Notes: generated from the sequence alone by a model not told the origin. 64,000 nt of DNA from Parasphingorhabdus sp. (GCF_034669745.1 NZ_JAXMOP010000002.1); one strand, 5' to 3'. Shown: positions 46,729 to 56,858, counted from the stretch's first letter. Numbers and translations are program-made.

Positions 46729-47785
46729 GGAGCAACAACTGCAATTGTGCGAGTGTCATTCCGGATTGCCTGACAATTTCATCCACTGCAACCGGTGTAT
46801 TGCTGAGCAAGTTCCATACGGAATCGTATTGATCACCGGTATTTTCGACATTTTCAACCACAGGTTCGCTGCCTTGGAAATCATTTTCAAACGGTTGCGG
46901 CAAAGCATCCACATCCTCTACCCGGTCATCGAAATGGCGGATCATTTCCAGAACGTCATCGACCGACTGCACCAGTGTTGCCCCTTCGCGGATCAGCAAG
47001 TTGCATCCCCTTGATCGCGGGTCTAGCGGCGAGCCCGGGACGGCCATGACCTGCCTGCCCGCCTCCGCGGCGAGCCTCGCTGTGATAAGCGACCCGGAAC
47101 GCGGTGCGGCCTCGATCACAACCGTGCCTCTGGCCAATCCGGCGATGATACGGTTGCGATAGGGAAAATGCCGGGCGCGTGGCTCCGTTCCAGGCGATTG
47201 CTCTGCCAGCAACAGACCGCGTTGAGCGATCTCTGTCTGCATTTCCTCGTTCTCCGGCGGATAAAAAATATCCAGTCCACCCGCGATAACCGCAATCGTC
47301 GCCTTTCCAATCGAACCGCGGTGGGCTGCGGTATCGATTCCTTTCGCCAGTCCCGAAACAACCGAGACACCGGCCTCCACCAGATCATTGGCCAGATTTT
47401 GAGCAAAGCGGCAGGCCGCAGCCGAAGCGTTCCTGGCACCGACCATTGCCACCATCGGGCGCTCGATGAGTTCCAGCCTGCCCTGCCAGAGCAATAGCGG
47501 CGGTGCGTTGCCGAGCTCACCCAGCAATCCGGGATAGGCGGAGTCGCCAAGAAATAGCATTCGGGCACCGAGTTTCCGGATAGCTGCAATTTCAGAGTGG
47601 ATTTGCTGTGCATCTGAAAGACGAGGCGATCGTCCGCCCCCTCTGGCCGCCAGTTCGGGAATCGCCGCCAGCGCGCGCGCCGCAGAACCGAATCTCCCCA
47701 TCAAATGCCGGTACGTCACAGGCCCGATATTCTCGGATCGGATAAGCCGAAGTCGGTCAAACACTTCCTGGCTTATCCCATCCAC
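46661..47785 (-). CDS. dprA: DNA-processing protein DprA (Smf)
   Basis: 374 aa with the Rossmann-like DprA core (VVSGLAKGIDTAAHRG, GTVVIEA...SGSLITA) and a C-terminal winged-helix-like domain. Confidence 0.88.
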   Translation of the reverse strand: MDGISQEVFDRLRLIRSENIGPVTYRHLMGRFGSAARALAAIPELAARGGGRSPRLSDAQQIHSEIAAIRKLGARMLFLGDSAYPGLLGELGNAPPLLLWQGRLELIERPMVAMVGARNASAAACRFAQNLANDLVEAGVSVVSGLAKGIDTAAHRGSIGKATIAVIAGGLDIFYPPENEEMQTEIAQRGLLLAEQSPGTEPRARHFPYRNRIIAGLARGTVVIEAAPRSGSLITARLAAEAGRQVMAVPGSPLDPRSRGCNLLIREGATLVQSVDDVLEMIRHFDDRVEDVDALPQPFENDFQGSEPVVENVENTGDQYDSVWNLLSNTPVAVDEIVRQSGMTLAQLQLLLLEFELAGKITRHAGGKISRNGI

Positions 47786-47786
47786 T

Positions 47787-48380
47787 TCAAGCCCTTTTTT
47801 TAGCGCCTACCTTCGGTTCTTCGCCTGCGATCAACCGTTCGATATTCGAACGATGTTTCCAAAGGACCAGCAACGCCAATCCGATAAACATCGGCATCAT
47901 GGCATATTCTCCCAAGGCGAAGACCGCTATCGGTACCGAGATAGCGGCCAGCATTCCTCCTACGGAAGAGTAGCGCCAGAGCGCAAGCGAACCGAGCCAG
48001 GTGACCGCAAATATCAACCCCGCAGTCGGAACCAGGGCGGACACCACACCCAGCAAAGTAGCAACGCCTTTGCCGCCATTGAATTTGAGCCAGACAGGAT
48101 AAAGATGACCAAGAAAGGCACCCAATCCAGCCAGAACACCCAATCCGCCGGAAATCTGCAAAGCAATGAAAACGGCGGCATAGCCCTTACCAATATCGAG
48201 CAAAAGGGTCAGCGCAGCGAGGCCCTTGTTGCCGGTGCGCAAGACGTTGGTGGCGCCAATATTGCCGGACCCCGTCTGGCGCAGGTCACCTCCACCGCTG
48301 AGGCGCGTCAACACCAGCCCAAAGGGTACCGAACCCAGCAAATAGCCGAGCAATAACGCCAAAATTGGTTCTACCCACAT
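47787..48380 (-). CDS. plsY: glycerol-3-phosphate acyltransferase PlsY
   Basis: The likely start is MWVEPILALLLGYLLGSVPFG at 48380; the track ORF extends to 48476. The motifs SGNIGATNVLR and NGGKGVAT are present. Confidence 0.9.
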   Translation of the reverse strand: MWVEPILALLLGYLLGSVPFGLVLTRLSGGGDLRQTGSGNIGATNVLRTGNKGLAALTLLLDIGKGYAAVFIALQISGGLGVLAGLGAFLGHLYPVWLKFNGGKGVATLLGVVSALVPTAGLIFAVTWLGSLALWRYSSVGGMLAAISVPIAVFALGEYAMMPMFIGLALLVLWKHRSNIERLIAGEEPKVGAKKRA

Positions 48381-48533
48381 AGACTGCACTGCAAATACCC
48401 CTTGTTGCGTTCGCGCTATATTCACTGTCGATGATGAGCAAGTATCACTTTGCAAAAAACGGCCAAGGTCAAACACCCGTCAGACGAACCGAAGCAGTTG
48501 CCGTCGCCATGCTATTCTGGCTATGGGAAAAGC

Positions 48534-49346
48534 ATGACCAAAGCGCAGATTGGCAAATGCCCCCCCTTGTTATTTTTTGATACCGGTGTCGGGGGACTGT
48601 CGGTGTTGAGCGAGACGATAAAATTGCTGCCAAATGCTCCCATCGTCTATGCTGCAGATTATGCAGGCCTGCCTTATGGCATGAAGTCTGAAGCGGAGCT
48701 GGCGGCGAGGGTACCGGCGCTGCTCGGCCGTCTGGTCGAGCGCTACAAGCCGGTCCTGGCCACCATTGCCTGTAACACGGCATCGACAATTGCACTCGAT
48801 CACGTTCGCTCGGCTTTGGACATTCCGGTCGTGGGAACCGTGCCGGCGATCAAGCCGGCCAGCGAACTGACCCGAACCGGAGTGATTGGCCTGTTGGGCA
48901 CCCGAGCAACGATCCGGCAACCCTATGTCGACCGGCTCGCCGCCGATTTTGCCTCGGACAAGATATTGCTTCGCCATGCTGCCCCAGAACTTGTTTATGC
49001 AGCAGAGGCCAAGTTGCGAGGGGAAACACCAGACCCCGATGTAATCCAGCAAGCATTGTCCGGATTGCTCGATCAGGCCGGAGGGGAACGGATTGATACC
49101 GTCATACTCGCCTGCACCCATTTCCCGCTGTTGCGCGAGGAATTGGCCGAAGCAGCGGGTAGGCCGATCCAGTTCATCGACGGCGCAAAGGGCATTGCCC
49201 GCAGAATTGCCTATCTGACCAAGGACATGTCCTGGCCCGTCGATAGTCAGGATGGAATATTTGTGACAACCTCAGAATTGGCCGACATCGCTCCCTATCG
49301 CTCCGCCTTCGAAAAATATGGCATCACACAATTTGAAAAGCTGTAA
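48534..49346 (+). CDS. murI: glutamate racemase
   Basis: The likely start is the ATG at 48534 (MTKAQIGKCPPLLFFDTGVGGLSV). The catalytic-Cys motifs ACNTAS and LACTHFP are present. Confidence 0.9.
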   Translation: MTKAQIGKCPPLLFFDTGVGGLSVLSETIKLLPNAPIVYAADYAGLPYGMKSEAELAARVPALLGRLVERYKPVLATIACNTASTIALDHVRSALDIPVVGTVPAIKPASELTRTGVIGLLGTRATIRQPYVDRLAADFASDKILLRHAAPELVYAAEAKLRGETPDPDVIQQALSGLLDQAGGERIDTVILACTHFPLLREELAEAAGRPIQFIDGAKGIARRIAYLTKDMSWPVDSQDGIFVTTSELADIAPYRSAFEKYGITQFEKL

Positions 49347-49464
49347 ACCGATCGCAAGCCATTCTTATTGCGAGTAGTTCGCGCTGGAAATTTCAAGAAA
49401 AGGGCGCTAAGAGCCCGTGCAACACGACCGCAAGAACAGATTTGAATCAGGATTTGGTGACATA

Positions 49465-50685
49465 GTGGACTACGACAAGATTTTTTCACAGGCGATTGAT
49501 CGTCTGCACACGGAAGGCCGCTACCGGGTCTTTATCGATATTTTGCGGAACAAGGGTTCGTTCCCGAACGCTCGCTGCTTCGCGCACCACAATGGACCAC
49601 AACCGGTTACTGTCTGGTGCTCGAACGATTATCTGGCGATGGGCCAGCATCCCGATGTGATTGAAGCAATGGAAGAAGCGCTGCACAATGTCGGTGCCGG
49701 CTCTGGCGGAACCCGCAATATCGGTGGCAACACCCATTATCATATCCAACTCGAACGGGAACTGGCCGATTGGCACGGCAAGTCCGGTGCCTTGCTGTTT
49801 ACCTCCGGCTATGTATCGAACGAGGCCACACTCTCGACGCTGACCAAGATTCTGCCGGGATGCATCATCTTTTCTGACGAACTGAACCACGCTTCGATGA
49901 TTGCCGGGATCAAGAACAGCGGCTGCGAAAAGCGGGTTTTCCGGCATAATGATCTGGAACATCTGGAAGAGTTGCTGGCCGCCGAAGATTCAGAAGTGCC
50001 CAAGCTGATCGCGTTTGAAAGCATTTATTCGATGGATGGCGATGTCGCGCCATTGCACGCGATTTGTGATCTGGCGGACAAGTATAATGCGCTGACATAT
50101 TGCGATGAAGTCCATGCTGTCGGCATGTACGGCAACCGCGGTGGCGGCATTTCCGAGCGCGACTCCGTTGCCGACCGGATAACGATCATTGAAGGCACGT
50201 TGGCCAAGGCCGTCGGTGTCATGGGTGGTTATATTACTGCGGATCAGAAAATCGTCGACGTGATCCGCTCATATGCCCCAGGCTTCATTTTCACCACCAG
50301 CCTGTCGCCGGTTCTGGTTGCTGGTGCACTGGCCAGTATCCGTCACCTGAAGCAGTCGACCGCAGAACGCGATGGGCAGCAGGCAGCGGCCCAGACGCTC
50401 AAGGATTTGTTCGCAGAAGCCGGATTGCCGGTGATGGACTCATCGACTCATATCGTTCCGTTGCTGGTCGGCGATCCAATCAAGGCCAAGAAAATCAGCG
50501 ATATATTGCTGGCCGAATATGGCGTCTATGTGCAGCCGATCAACTATCCCACCGTCCCGCGCGGAACCGAGCGGTTGCGGTTTACACCGGGACCGGCGCA
50601 CAGCGAAGCGATGATGGTCGATCTGACCAAGGCGCTGGTCGAGATCTGGAGCCGGATGGACATGGAACTGGCCATCGCGGCCTAG
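49465..50685 (+). CDS. hemA: 5-aminolevulinate synthase
   Basis: The likely GTG start at 49465 gives (M)[25 protein letters not shown], the canonical ALAS N-terminus. The PLP-Lys region is GTLAKAVG. Confidence 0.92.
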   Translation: MDYDKIFSQAIDRLHTEGRYRVFIDILRNKGSFPNARCFAHHNGPQPVTVWCSNDYLAMGQHPDVIEAMEEALHNVGAGSGGTRNIGGNTHYHIQLERELADWHGKSGALLFTSGYVSNEATLSTLTKILPGCIIFSDELNHASMIAGIKNSGCEKRVFRHNDLEHLEELLAAEDSEVPKLIAFESIYSMDGDVAPLHAICDLADKYNALTYCDEVHAVGMYGNRGGGISERDSVADRITIIEGTLAKAVGVMGGYITADQKIVDVIRSYAPGFIFTTSLSPVLVAGALASIRHLKQSTAERDGQQAAAQTLKDLFAEAGLPVMDSSTHIVPLLVGDPIKAKKISDILLAEYGVYVQPINYPTVPRGTERLRFTPGPAHSEAMMVDLTKALVEIWSRMDMELAIAA

Positions 50686-51109
50686 TTTCCAAAGTTAGTC
50701 AAAGTTAGGGCCAATGAGCGGTTTTGCGTGAGTCCAATTTGTCCTGCTTCTTGGGGAAGTGAGGCAGATTATGTGGCTCGCTTTTCGGTCCAACTTGCAC
50801 CCAATTGATTAGACACTATGGCAGGAGATGGGCCGTGAAGCGAGTCACGCGCCTCGCTTCACCTTTCGCAGAGGTACAAAAAACAAAAGCTTTACAGAAA
50901 AGGGCTGTTTTATTTTCCGTGACCTTTGCCCTAAAGCTGCAGATGTCCTGCCTTCAGCGACTGCCGGTAATGCGCCGAGTGTGACCTTCCAGGGGACGGG
51001 TGGTAGCGCCGTTTTTATCCATATTGTCAAAGAGCCTGTCCTGCGTTTGTTACAGGAGCAGTGAGGACGATACGCGATCGGGGTGCGTGTAGGAAAGGAC
51101 AATCAGGCT

Positions 51110-52093
51110 CTAACCGCCAGCGATAATTCTCGCATAGAGCTGATTGTCGACATTGCCGCCGGACAGGGTGATGGCGGTGTGATCGGTCAGAGGTATCTTT
51201 CCAGCCAAAATTGCCGCCAGGGCGACCGCGCCGCCGGGTTCCACGACCAGATGCAATTTCGCAAAGGCGACTCGCATGGCATGATGCACTTCCGCCGGTG
51301 ACACGGACAGGCCCAGAGCATTGCGGGCCTTCAAAATATCAAAGGTGATCGGAGCGACCTGGAGCGTTTGCAGCGCGTCGCATTCGGTTGCCGGAGGATT
51401 GTCGCCTACGGGAACGATTGTTCCGCATGCGAGCGACTGTTTCATATCATCCCAGCCGTCCGGCTCGACCACCACGATCCGCGCCTCGGGATTGGCCAGA
51501 GCGGAGCCGCTGGCGAGACCACCACCGCCGCAGCAGACGACGATCTGGTCGGGCTCTGATCCGGTCAGGGCCAGCATCTGCTGGCGAATTTCAAGGCCGC
51601 AACTGCCCTGCCCTTCGACAATCCACGGGTCATCGAAGCTCGGGACCACCACCGCGCCGGTTTTTTGAGAAATATCGGCAGCCAGTTGTTCGCGCGAACC
51701 GCTCATCCGGTCGTAGGTGATGATCTCAGCGCCGAGCGCTCTTGTGTTGTCCAGTTTCGCTTTCGGCGCATCTTCCGGCATGATGATCGTCGCTGGCACG
51801 TCCAGTCTGCGTGCGGCCCAGGCCACGCCCTGCGCATGATTGCCGCTGGAAAATGCGACGACACCATGGATTCTCTGATCGTCAGTCAGATCCGTCAAGC
51901 GATGCCAGCCACCGCGAATCTTGAATGCGCCGATCGGTTGCAGGCATTCCGCCTTGCACCAGATTGTCGTGCCGTCGATTTCCAGCGGCAACAAGGGCGT
52001 GGCGGGCAGAATAGCCGCGATTTTCTTGGCCGCTCGTTCGACGCCAGCCAAAGTTGGTTGCCGGTCAGGGTCCATCAGGTATTGCTCTGTCAT
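51110..52093 (-). CDS. PLP-dependent threonine/serine dehydratase (short form without ACT domains)
   Basis: 327 aa with the PLP lysine motif (QPIGAFKIRGG), SSGNHAQG and a GGGGL loop. Confidence 0.8.
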   Translation of the reverse strand: MTEQYLMDPDRQPTLAGVERAAKKIAAILPATPLLPLEIDGTTIWCKAECLQPIGAFKIRGGWHRLTDLTDDQRIHGVVAFSSGNHAQGVAWAARRLDVPATIIMPEDAPKAKLDNTRALGAEIITYDRMSGSREQLAADISQKTGAVVVPSFDDPWIVEGQGSCGLEIRQQMLALTGSEPDQIVVCCGGGGLASGSALANPEARIVVVEPDGWDDMKQSLACGTIVPVGDNPPATECDALQTLQVAPITFDILKARNALGLSVSPAEVHHAMRVAFAKLHLVVEPGGAVALAAILAGKIPLTDHTAITLSGGNVDNQLYARIIAGG

Positions 52094-52146
52094 GCTCTCT
52101 CCCTATATGCGGGACTCACATTTCTCCAGCATTTAGAGTGAAAAAT

Positions 52147-53364
52147 ATGGGTAAGATATTGGTGATCGGCGCAGGTGGCGTCAGTTCGGTGGCGGTGCAC
52201 AAAATGGCGCAGCTGATCGCGGCGGGAAACGGGACTTTTACCGAGATATTATTGGCGAGTCGGACTTTGCCGAAATGCCAAGCAATTGCAGAATCGGTGA
52301 AACAGCGCACCGGCGTCCAAATCACGACGGCGCAGATTGATGCCGATGATGTTCCGGCGCTGACCGCGCTGATCGAAAAGGAAAAGCCCGATCTGGTGGT
52401 CAATCTGGCGCTGCCCTATCAGGATTTGCCGATCATGGATGCCTGCCTGGCGACCGGAACCGATTATCTCGACACCGCCAATTACGAACCGCGCGACGAA
52501 GCCAAGTTCGAGTATAAATGGCAGTGGGATTATCAGGACCGCTTCAAGGAAGCTGGGATCATGGCGCTGCTCGGCTCAGGCTTTGATCCTGGTGTGACCA
52601 GCGTGTTCACTTGCTGGCTCAAGAAACATCATTTCGACCGGATCGACACGCTCGACATTCTCGATTGCAACGGTGGCGATCATGGCCAGCATTTTGCGAC
52701 CAATTTCAATCCCGAGATCAATATCCGGGAAGTCACCGCCAATTCGCGGCATTGGGAGAATGGCGGCTGGGTAGAAGGCCCGCCACTGACCCAGAAACAG
52801 AAATTTGATTTCGAGGCGGTCGGCCCGAAGAACATGTATCTGATGTATCACGAGGAGATTGAATCGCTCAAGACGCATCTCCCGGAAATCCAGCGGATTC
52901 GCTTCTGGATGACCTTTGGCGACGCTTATCTGACCCATCTGGAAGTGCTGCAGAATGTCGGCATGACCCGGATCGATCCGGTGATGTACGAAGGTCGCGA
53001 GATCATCCCGCTGCAGTTCCTGAAAGCGGTGTTGCCAGAGCCTGCGAGCCTGGGTGAAACAACCAAGGGCAATACCAATATCGGCGTGATCGCAACAGGC
53101 GTGAAAGACGGCGTTCAGAAGACCCTCTACGTCAAGAATATCTGCAGCCATGAAGCGGCTTTCGAGGAAACCGGCAATCAGGGCGTCAGCTATACCACCG
53201 GCGTGCCGGCGATGATCGGCGCGGCGATGATGTTGTCCGGCCAGTGGCAGGGCAAAGGCGTTTTCAATATGGAAGAGTTCGATCCCGACCCGTTCATGGA
53301 GATGCTGAACCAGCACGGATTGCCATGGACATTGGAAGAGTTGGAAGCACCTTTGGCGTTCTGA
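52147..53364 (+). CDS. carboxynorspermidine/carboxyspermidine dehydrogenase (saccharopine dehydrogenase family)
   Basis: The start ATG at 52147 gives MGKILVIGAGGVSSVAVHK, a Rossmann fold. The length of 405 aa and the adjacent nspC are typical of CANSDH. Confidence 0.85.
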   Translation: MGKILVIGAGGVSSVAVHKMAQLIAAGNGTFTEILLASRTLPKCQAIAESVKQRTGVQITTAQIDADDVPALTALIEKEKPDLVVNLALPYQDLPIMDACLATGTDYLDTANYEPRDEAKFEYKWQWDYQDRFKEAGIMALLGSGFDPGVTSVFTCWLKKHHFDRIDTLDILDCNGGDHGQHFATNFNPEINIREVTANSRHWENGGWVEGPPLTQKQKFDFEAVGPKNMYLMYHEEIESLKTHLPEIQRIRFWMTFGDAYLTHLEVLQNVGMTRIDPVMYEGREIIPLQFLKAVLPEPASLGETTKGNTNIGVIATGVKDGVQKTLYVKNICSHEAAFEETGNQGVSYTTGVPAMIGAAMMLSGQWQGKGVFNMEEFDPDPFMEMLNQHGLPWTLEELEAPLAF

Positions 53365-53365
53365 G

Positions 53366-54535
53366 ATGGAGACCAAAGCAGGCGATCCCGGCGCTTTTGC
53401 GCATTTTAATTTGGCTCGAGTGCCCTCGCCTGCTTTTGTCGTCGACGAAGTGGCTGTGCGCCGCAATCTGACGATTCTGGCGGATATCAAGCAACGTTCC
53501 GGGGCAAAGATCCTGTTGGCGCTGAAAGCCTTTTCGATGTGGTCTCTGGCGCCGCTCATCGACCAATATCTGGATGGCTATTGCGCATCAGGCCTGTGGG
53601 AAGCGCGGCTTGCCAAGGAGCGTTATAACAGGCCGATCAGCACCTATTCTCCGGCCTATAAAGCGGATGACTTGCGCGAATTATGCGCGATATCTGAGCA
53701 TATAACCTTCAATAATCCAGAGCAGATTGCTCGGTGGAAAAGTGATTTTAATCAGAATCTTGCACTCAATAATTCAGAAATTGGTTTAAGAATAAATCCG
53801 GAAATAGCGCTGGGCGAGACGGAGAAATATGATCCGAGCCAACCGCATAGCCGATTGGGCTTTCCGCTCAGTCATTTGAAACCCGAAGATTTCCAACATC
53901 TGACCGGCATTCACTTCCACAATTTGTGCGAACAGGGCTTCGATGCGCTCCAGAAGACCTGGGAGAAGGTGGAGCCGGTGATCGCACCGCATTTCGACAC
54001 TCTGAAATGGATAAACCTCGGCGGCGGACATCATATCACGCGCGATGATTATGATCGCGAGGCGCTGGTCGATTTTCTGAAAGCGCTCAAGGCGCGATCC
54101 GACTGCGAAATCTATCTGGAGCCGGGCGAAGCGGTTGCGCTGGATGCCGGTATCCTGGTGGGCGAGATTCTGGATGTCTTCGACAATGGCATGCCGGTCG
54201 GGATCACCGATATTTCGGCGACCTGCCATATGCCCGACGTGATCGAGGCGCCCTACCGTCCGGCCATGCTGCGCGAACGCAGCGACGGGCCAGCGATCCG
54301 TCTTGGCGGGCCGAGCTGTCTGGCTGGCGATATTATTGGCGACTATGTCCTGCCGGACGAGCCGCATATCGGCCAGCGGATCGGCTTTCTCGACCAAGCG
54401 CATTATTCGATGGTCAAGACCAATACATTCAACGGCGTGCCGCTGCCTTCAATCTGGCTGTGGAACAGCGAGAGCGATGCGCTGCGTTGCGTCAAATCCT
54501 TCGACTGGACTGCCTTCAGGGATCGGCTCAGCTAA
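53366..54535 (+). CDS. nspC: carboxynorspermidine/carboxyspermidine decarboxylase
   Basis: 389 aa starting 2 nt after the CANSDH stop. The N-terminal PSPAFVVDE..RNL and ALKAFSMW PLP-Lys region are typical of the CANSDC family. Confidence 0.88.
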   Translation: METKAGDPGAFAHFNLARVPSPAFVVDEVAVRRNLTILADIKQRSGAKILLALKAFSMWSLAPLIDQYLDGYCASGLWEARLAKERYNRPISTYSPAYKADDLRELCAISEHITFNNPEQIARWKSDFNQNLALNNSEIGLRINPEIALGETEKYDPSQPHSRLGFPLSHLKPEDFQHLTGIHFHNLCEQGFDALQKTWEKVEPVIAPHFDTLKWINLGGGHHITRDDYDREALVDFLKALKARSDCEIYLEPGEAVALDAGILVGEILDVFDNGMPVGITDISATCHMPDVIEAPYRPAMLRERSDGPAIRLGGPSCLAGDIIGDYVLPDEPHIGQRIGFLDQAHYSMVKTNTFNGVPLPSIWLWNSESDALRCVKSFDWTAFRDRLS

Positions 54536-54680
54536 AAAATGCTGTCGTTCAGCTTCTGTAAGGACTTCGGTCTTTACAGAGCGATCAAGTGGCCATATAG
54601 CCGCGCCTTGCTGCCCCATGGCCGCTTGCGTATCCGCAAGGCAGCTCAATCGATCTTAGCCTATAAGGGGGTCCCTTGAG

Positions 54681-55880
54681 TTGCACCATTATCTTGATGC
54701 TGAGGAGCTGACGAAGGCTCTAAGCCCAGACATTCCAGTTTTGTTGAACCGGCCACACGCAGCGCGTCGCGCGGCGCGTTATTTCGTTGAGCAATTTCCC
54801 GGTAAATCGCTTTATGCGGTGAAGGCGAATCCATCGCCTGCCCTGCTGCAATTGCTGTGGCAAGAAGGTGTTACCCATTTCGACGTGGCTTCGATCGACG
54901 AAGTTCGTCAGGTGCGCGCGGCCTTGCCCGAGGCGACGCTCTGCTACATGAATCCGGTCAAGCAATTGGCATCGATCCGCGAAGCCTATCAGGACCATGG
55001 CGTGCGGATATTTTCGCTCGACAGCATCGAGGAACTGGAAAAAATCGAACTGGGGACCGCGGGTGCAGACGATCTGACCCTGTGCGTTCGACTCCGGGTT
55101 GCGTCGGAATTTGCGGAAATCAGCCTTGCCGCAAAATTTGGTATCGATGTCGATGAATCGGCACAACTGCTGCAACGGACGCGGCAACTGGCGGACAGCC
55201 TCGGCATCTGCTTCCACGTCGGCAGCCAGGCGATGACGCCGCTTGCCTATGTTCATGCGCTGGAACGCGTCCGCACCGCTATTGTCGGTGCGTCGGTCAC
55301 TGTTGATATCGTCAATGTCGGCGGTGGTTTTCCGTCGATCTATCCGGATCTGGAACCGGTATCGCTCAACCATTATTTTACCGCGATCGACCGGACCTTC
55401 GAGGATCTGCCGATCAGCTATTCCGCCGAACTCTGGTGCGAGCCTGGCCGCGCGCTGTCGGCCGAATATAGCTCGCTGGTGGTCAAGGTGGAGCGCCGCC
55501 GCGGAACCGAACTCTATATCAATGACGGCGCCTATGGCACCTTGTTCGATGCTGCCCATATCGGATGGCGCTTCCCGGTGCGCCAGATTGGCGCGGACAG
55601 CGAGAACGCGACCACCACCGGGTTCAGCTTTTACGGTCCAACCTGTGACGACATGGATTTCATGGCCGGGCCATTCAATCTGCCCGACAGCATAAAGGCC
55701 GGCGATTATATCGAGATCGGCATGCTCGGCGCTTATGGCTCGGCGATGCGGACCAAGTTCAACGGCTATGGCAGCAGCGACGAATATGATGTCACCGATG
55801 AACCGATGGCAAGCCTTTACGTTGGCGACAATCTGGATCGCTCCGATCGCGACAATGTGGTGTCTTTTCCGCGGGTTTGA
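54681..55880 (+). CDS. ornithine (or lysine/ornithine) decarboxylase, alanine-racemase-fold PLP enzyme
   Basis: 399 aa from a TTG start (start uncertain). The motifs YAVKANP, HVGSQ, GGGFP, EPGR and GPTCD are all present. Confidence 0.85.
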   Translation: MHHYLDAEELTKALSPDIPVLLNRPHAARRAARYFVEQFPGKSLYAVKANPSPALLQLLWQEGVTHFDVASIDEVRQVRAALPEATLCYMNPVKQLASIREAYQDHGVRIFSLDSIEELEKIELGTAGADDLTLCVRLRVASEFAEISLAAKFGIDVDESAQLLQRTRQLADSLGICFHVGSQAMTPLAYVHALERVRTAIVGASVTVDIVNVGGGFPSIYPDLEPVSLNHYFTAIDRTFEDLPISYSAELWCEPGRALSAEYSSLVVKVERRRGTELYINDGAYGTLFDAAHIGWRFPVRQIGADSENATTTGFSFYGPTCDDMDFMAGPFNLPDSIKAGDYIEIGMLGAYGSAMRTKFNGYGSSDEYDVTDEPMASLYVGDNLDRSDRDNVVSFPRV

Positions 55881-55953
55881 GCGGCAAACTAGGTTGCAAT
55901 TGACAATCAGTTTCGTCTGACGCAGTTTCTCCCTGTTTGGGAGGACAAGAATC

Positions 55954-56385
55954 ATGGATATTGCAATATTGGCGCCAGCGGCTGTGCTGGTTTTATGGTC
56001 ACTCATCATGCTGTTCTGGATGGCCGGCACCAGATTTCCGGCCATGGCGAAATCCGGAGCCGACCTTGCCAATGCCCAGCCTGGTGGCCGGGGCAGCGAC
56101 CTGGAAGGTGTCATACCCGACAAGGTCAACTGGAAGTCCCATAATTACACGCATTTAATGGAACAGCCGACGCTGTTTTATGCCACTGTCGTCATTCTCG
56201 CGCTCGCCAATGCGGGCCATGGGCTTAATCTCTATCTGGCCTGGACCTATGCGATCATCCGGATCGTGCACAGCATCTGGCAAGCCACCGTAAACCTGGT
56301 CAAGGTCCGCTTTCTGCTGTTCATAGCGTCAACAATCTGCCTGCTCATCATGGCTATCAATGCCCTGTGGGCCACGCTTTTCTAG
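55954..56385 (+). CDS. MAPEG-family membrane protein (paralogue 1)
   Basis: 143 aa with 4 TM segments. The conserved WKSHNYTHLMEQPTLFY and R(I/V)xHS segments are shared with the next ORF. Confidence 0.65.
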   Translation: MDIAILAPAAVLVLWSLIMLFWMAGTRFPAMAKSGADLANAQPGGRGSDLEGVIPDKVNWKSHNYTHLMEQPTLFYATVVILALANAGHGLNLYLAWTYAIIRIVHSIWQATVNLVKVRFLLFIASTICLLIMAINALWATLF

Positions 56386-56415
56386 AATTACAATAATATA
56401 TGGGGAGAAATTATC

Positions 56416-56844
56416 ATGGAAAATAGCCCATTGCTGCAGCCGATGGTTGCGCTGATCTTGTGGACGATGCTGATCTGGTTGTGGATGTATGTCACGCGGA
56501 TTCCGGCGATGAACAAAGCCAAGATCGATACCGCCAATCTGGTCGGCGGCACCGGCGGCAATCTCGACGAACTGCTGCCTCCCCAAGTCCAGTGGAAGGC
56601 GCATAATTATAACCATTTGTTGACCGAACCGACGCTTTTTTACGCTATTTGTGTCGTTTTGATCCTTTCCGGGCAGGATTTTGGTCTGAACGTGACCATC
56701 GCCTGGCTCTATGTTGGCCTGCGGGTCCTGCACAGCCTGATCCAGGTTACGGTCAACCGGGTGATGTTCCGCTTCATGGTCTTTGCGCTGTCAAGCCTGT
56801 GCATCATCGCGCTGACGATTCACGCGGCGCTTGCGGTCTTCTAA
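56416..56844 (+). CDS. MAPEG-family membrane protein (paralogue 2)
   Basis: 142 aa, clearly paralogous to 55954..56385 (WKAHNYNHLLTEPTLFY, LRVLHSLIQVTVN). Confidence 0.65.
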   Translation: MENSPLLQPMVALILWTMLIWLWMYVTRIPAMNKAKIDTANLVGGTGGNLDELLPPQVQWKAHNYNHLLTEPTLFYAICVVLILSGQDFGLNVTIAWLYVGLRVLHSLIQVTVNRVMFRFMVFALSSLCIIALTIHAALAVF

Positions 56845-56858
56845 TAATCCCGGTTCGA

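Noticed and set aside
50828-51102. ORFs 50828..51064 (+, 78 aa) and 50845..51102 (-, 85 aa) in the hemA-downstream spacer
   Set aside because: They overlap each other on opposite strands, have no SD, and give basic, low-complexity translations with no family resemblance. I treated the region as non-coding (see the finding).
54720-56129. 469-aa minus-strand ORF antisense to the ODC gene and running into the first MAPEG gene
   Set aside because: Shadow ORF; the plus-strand products carry complete family motifs and this one carries none.
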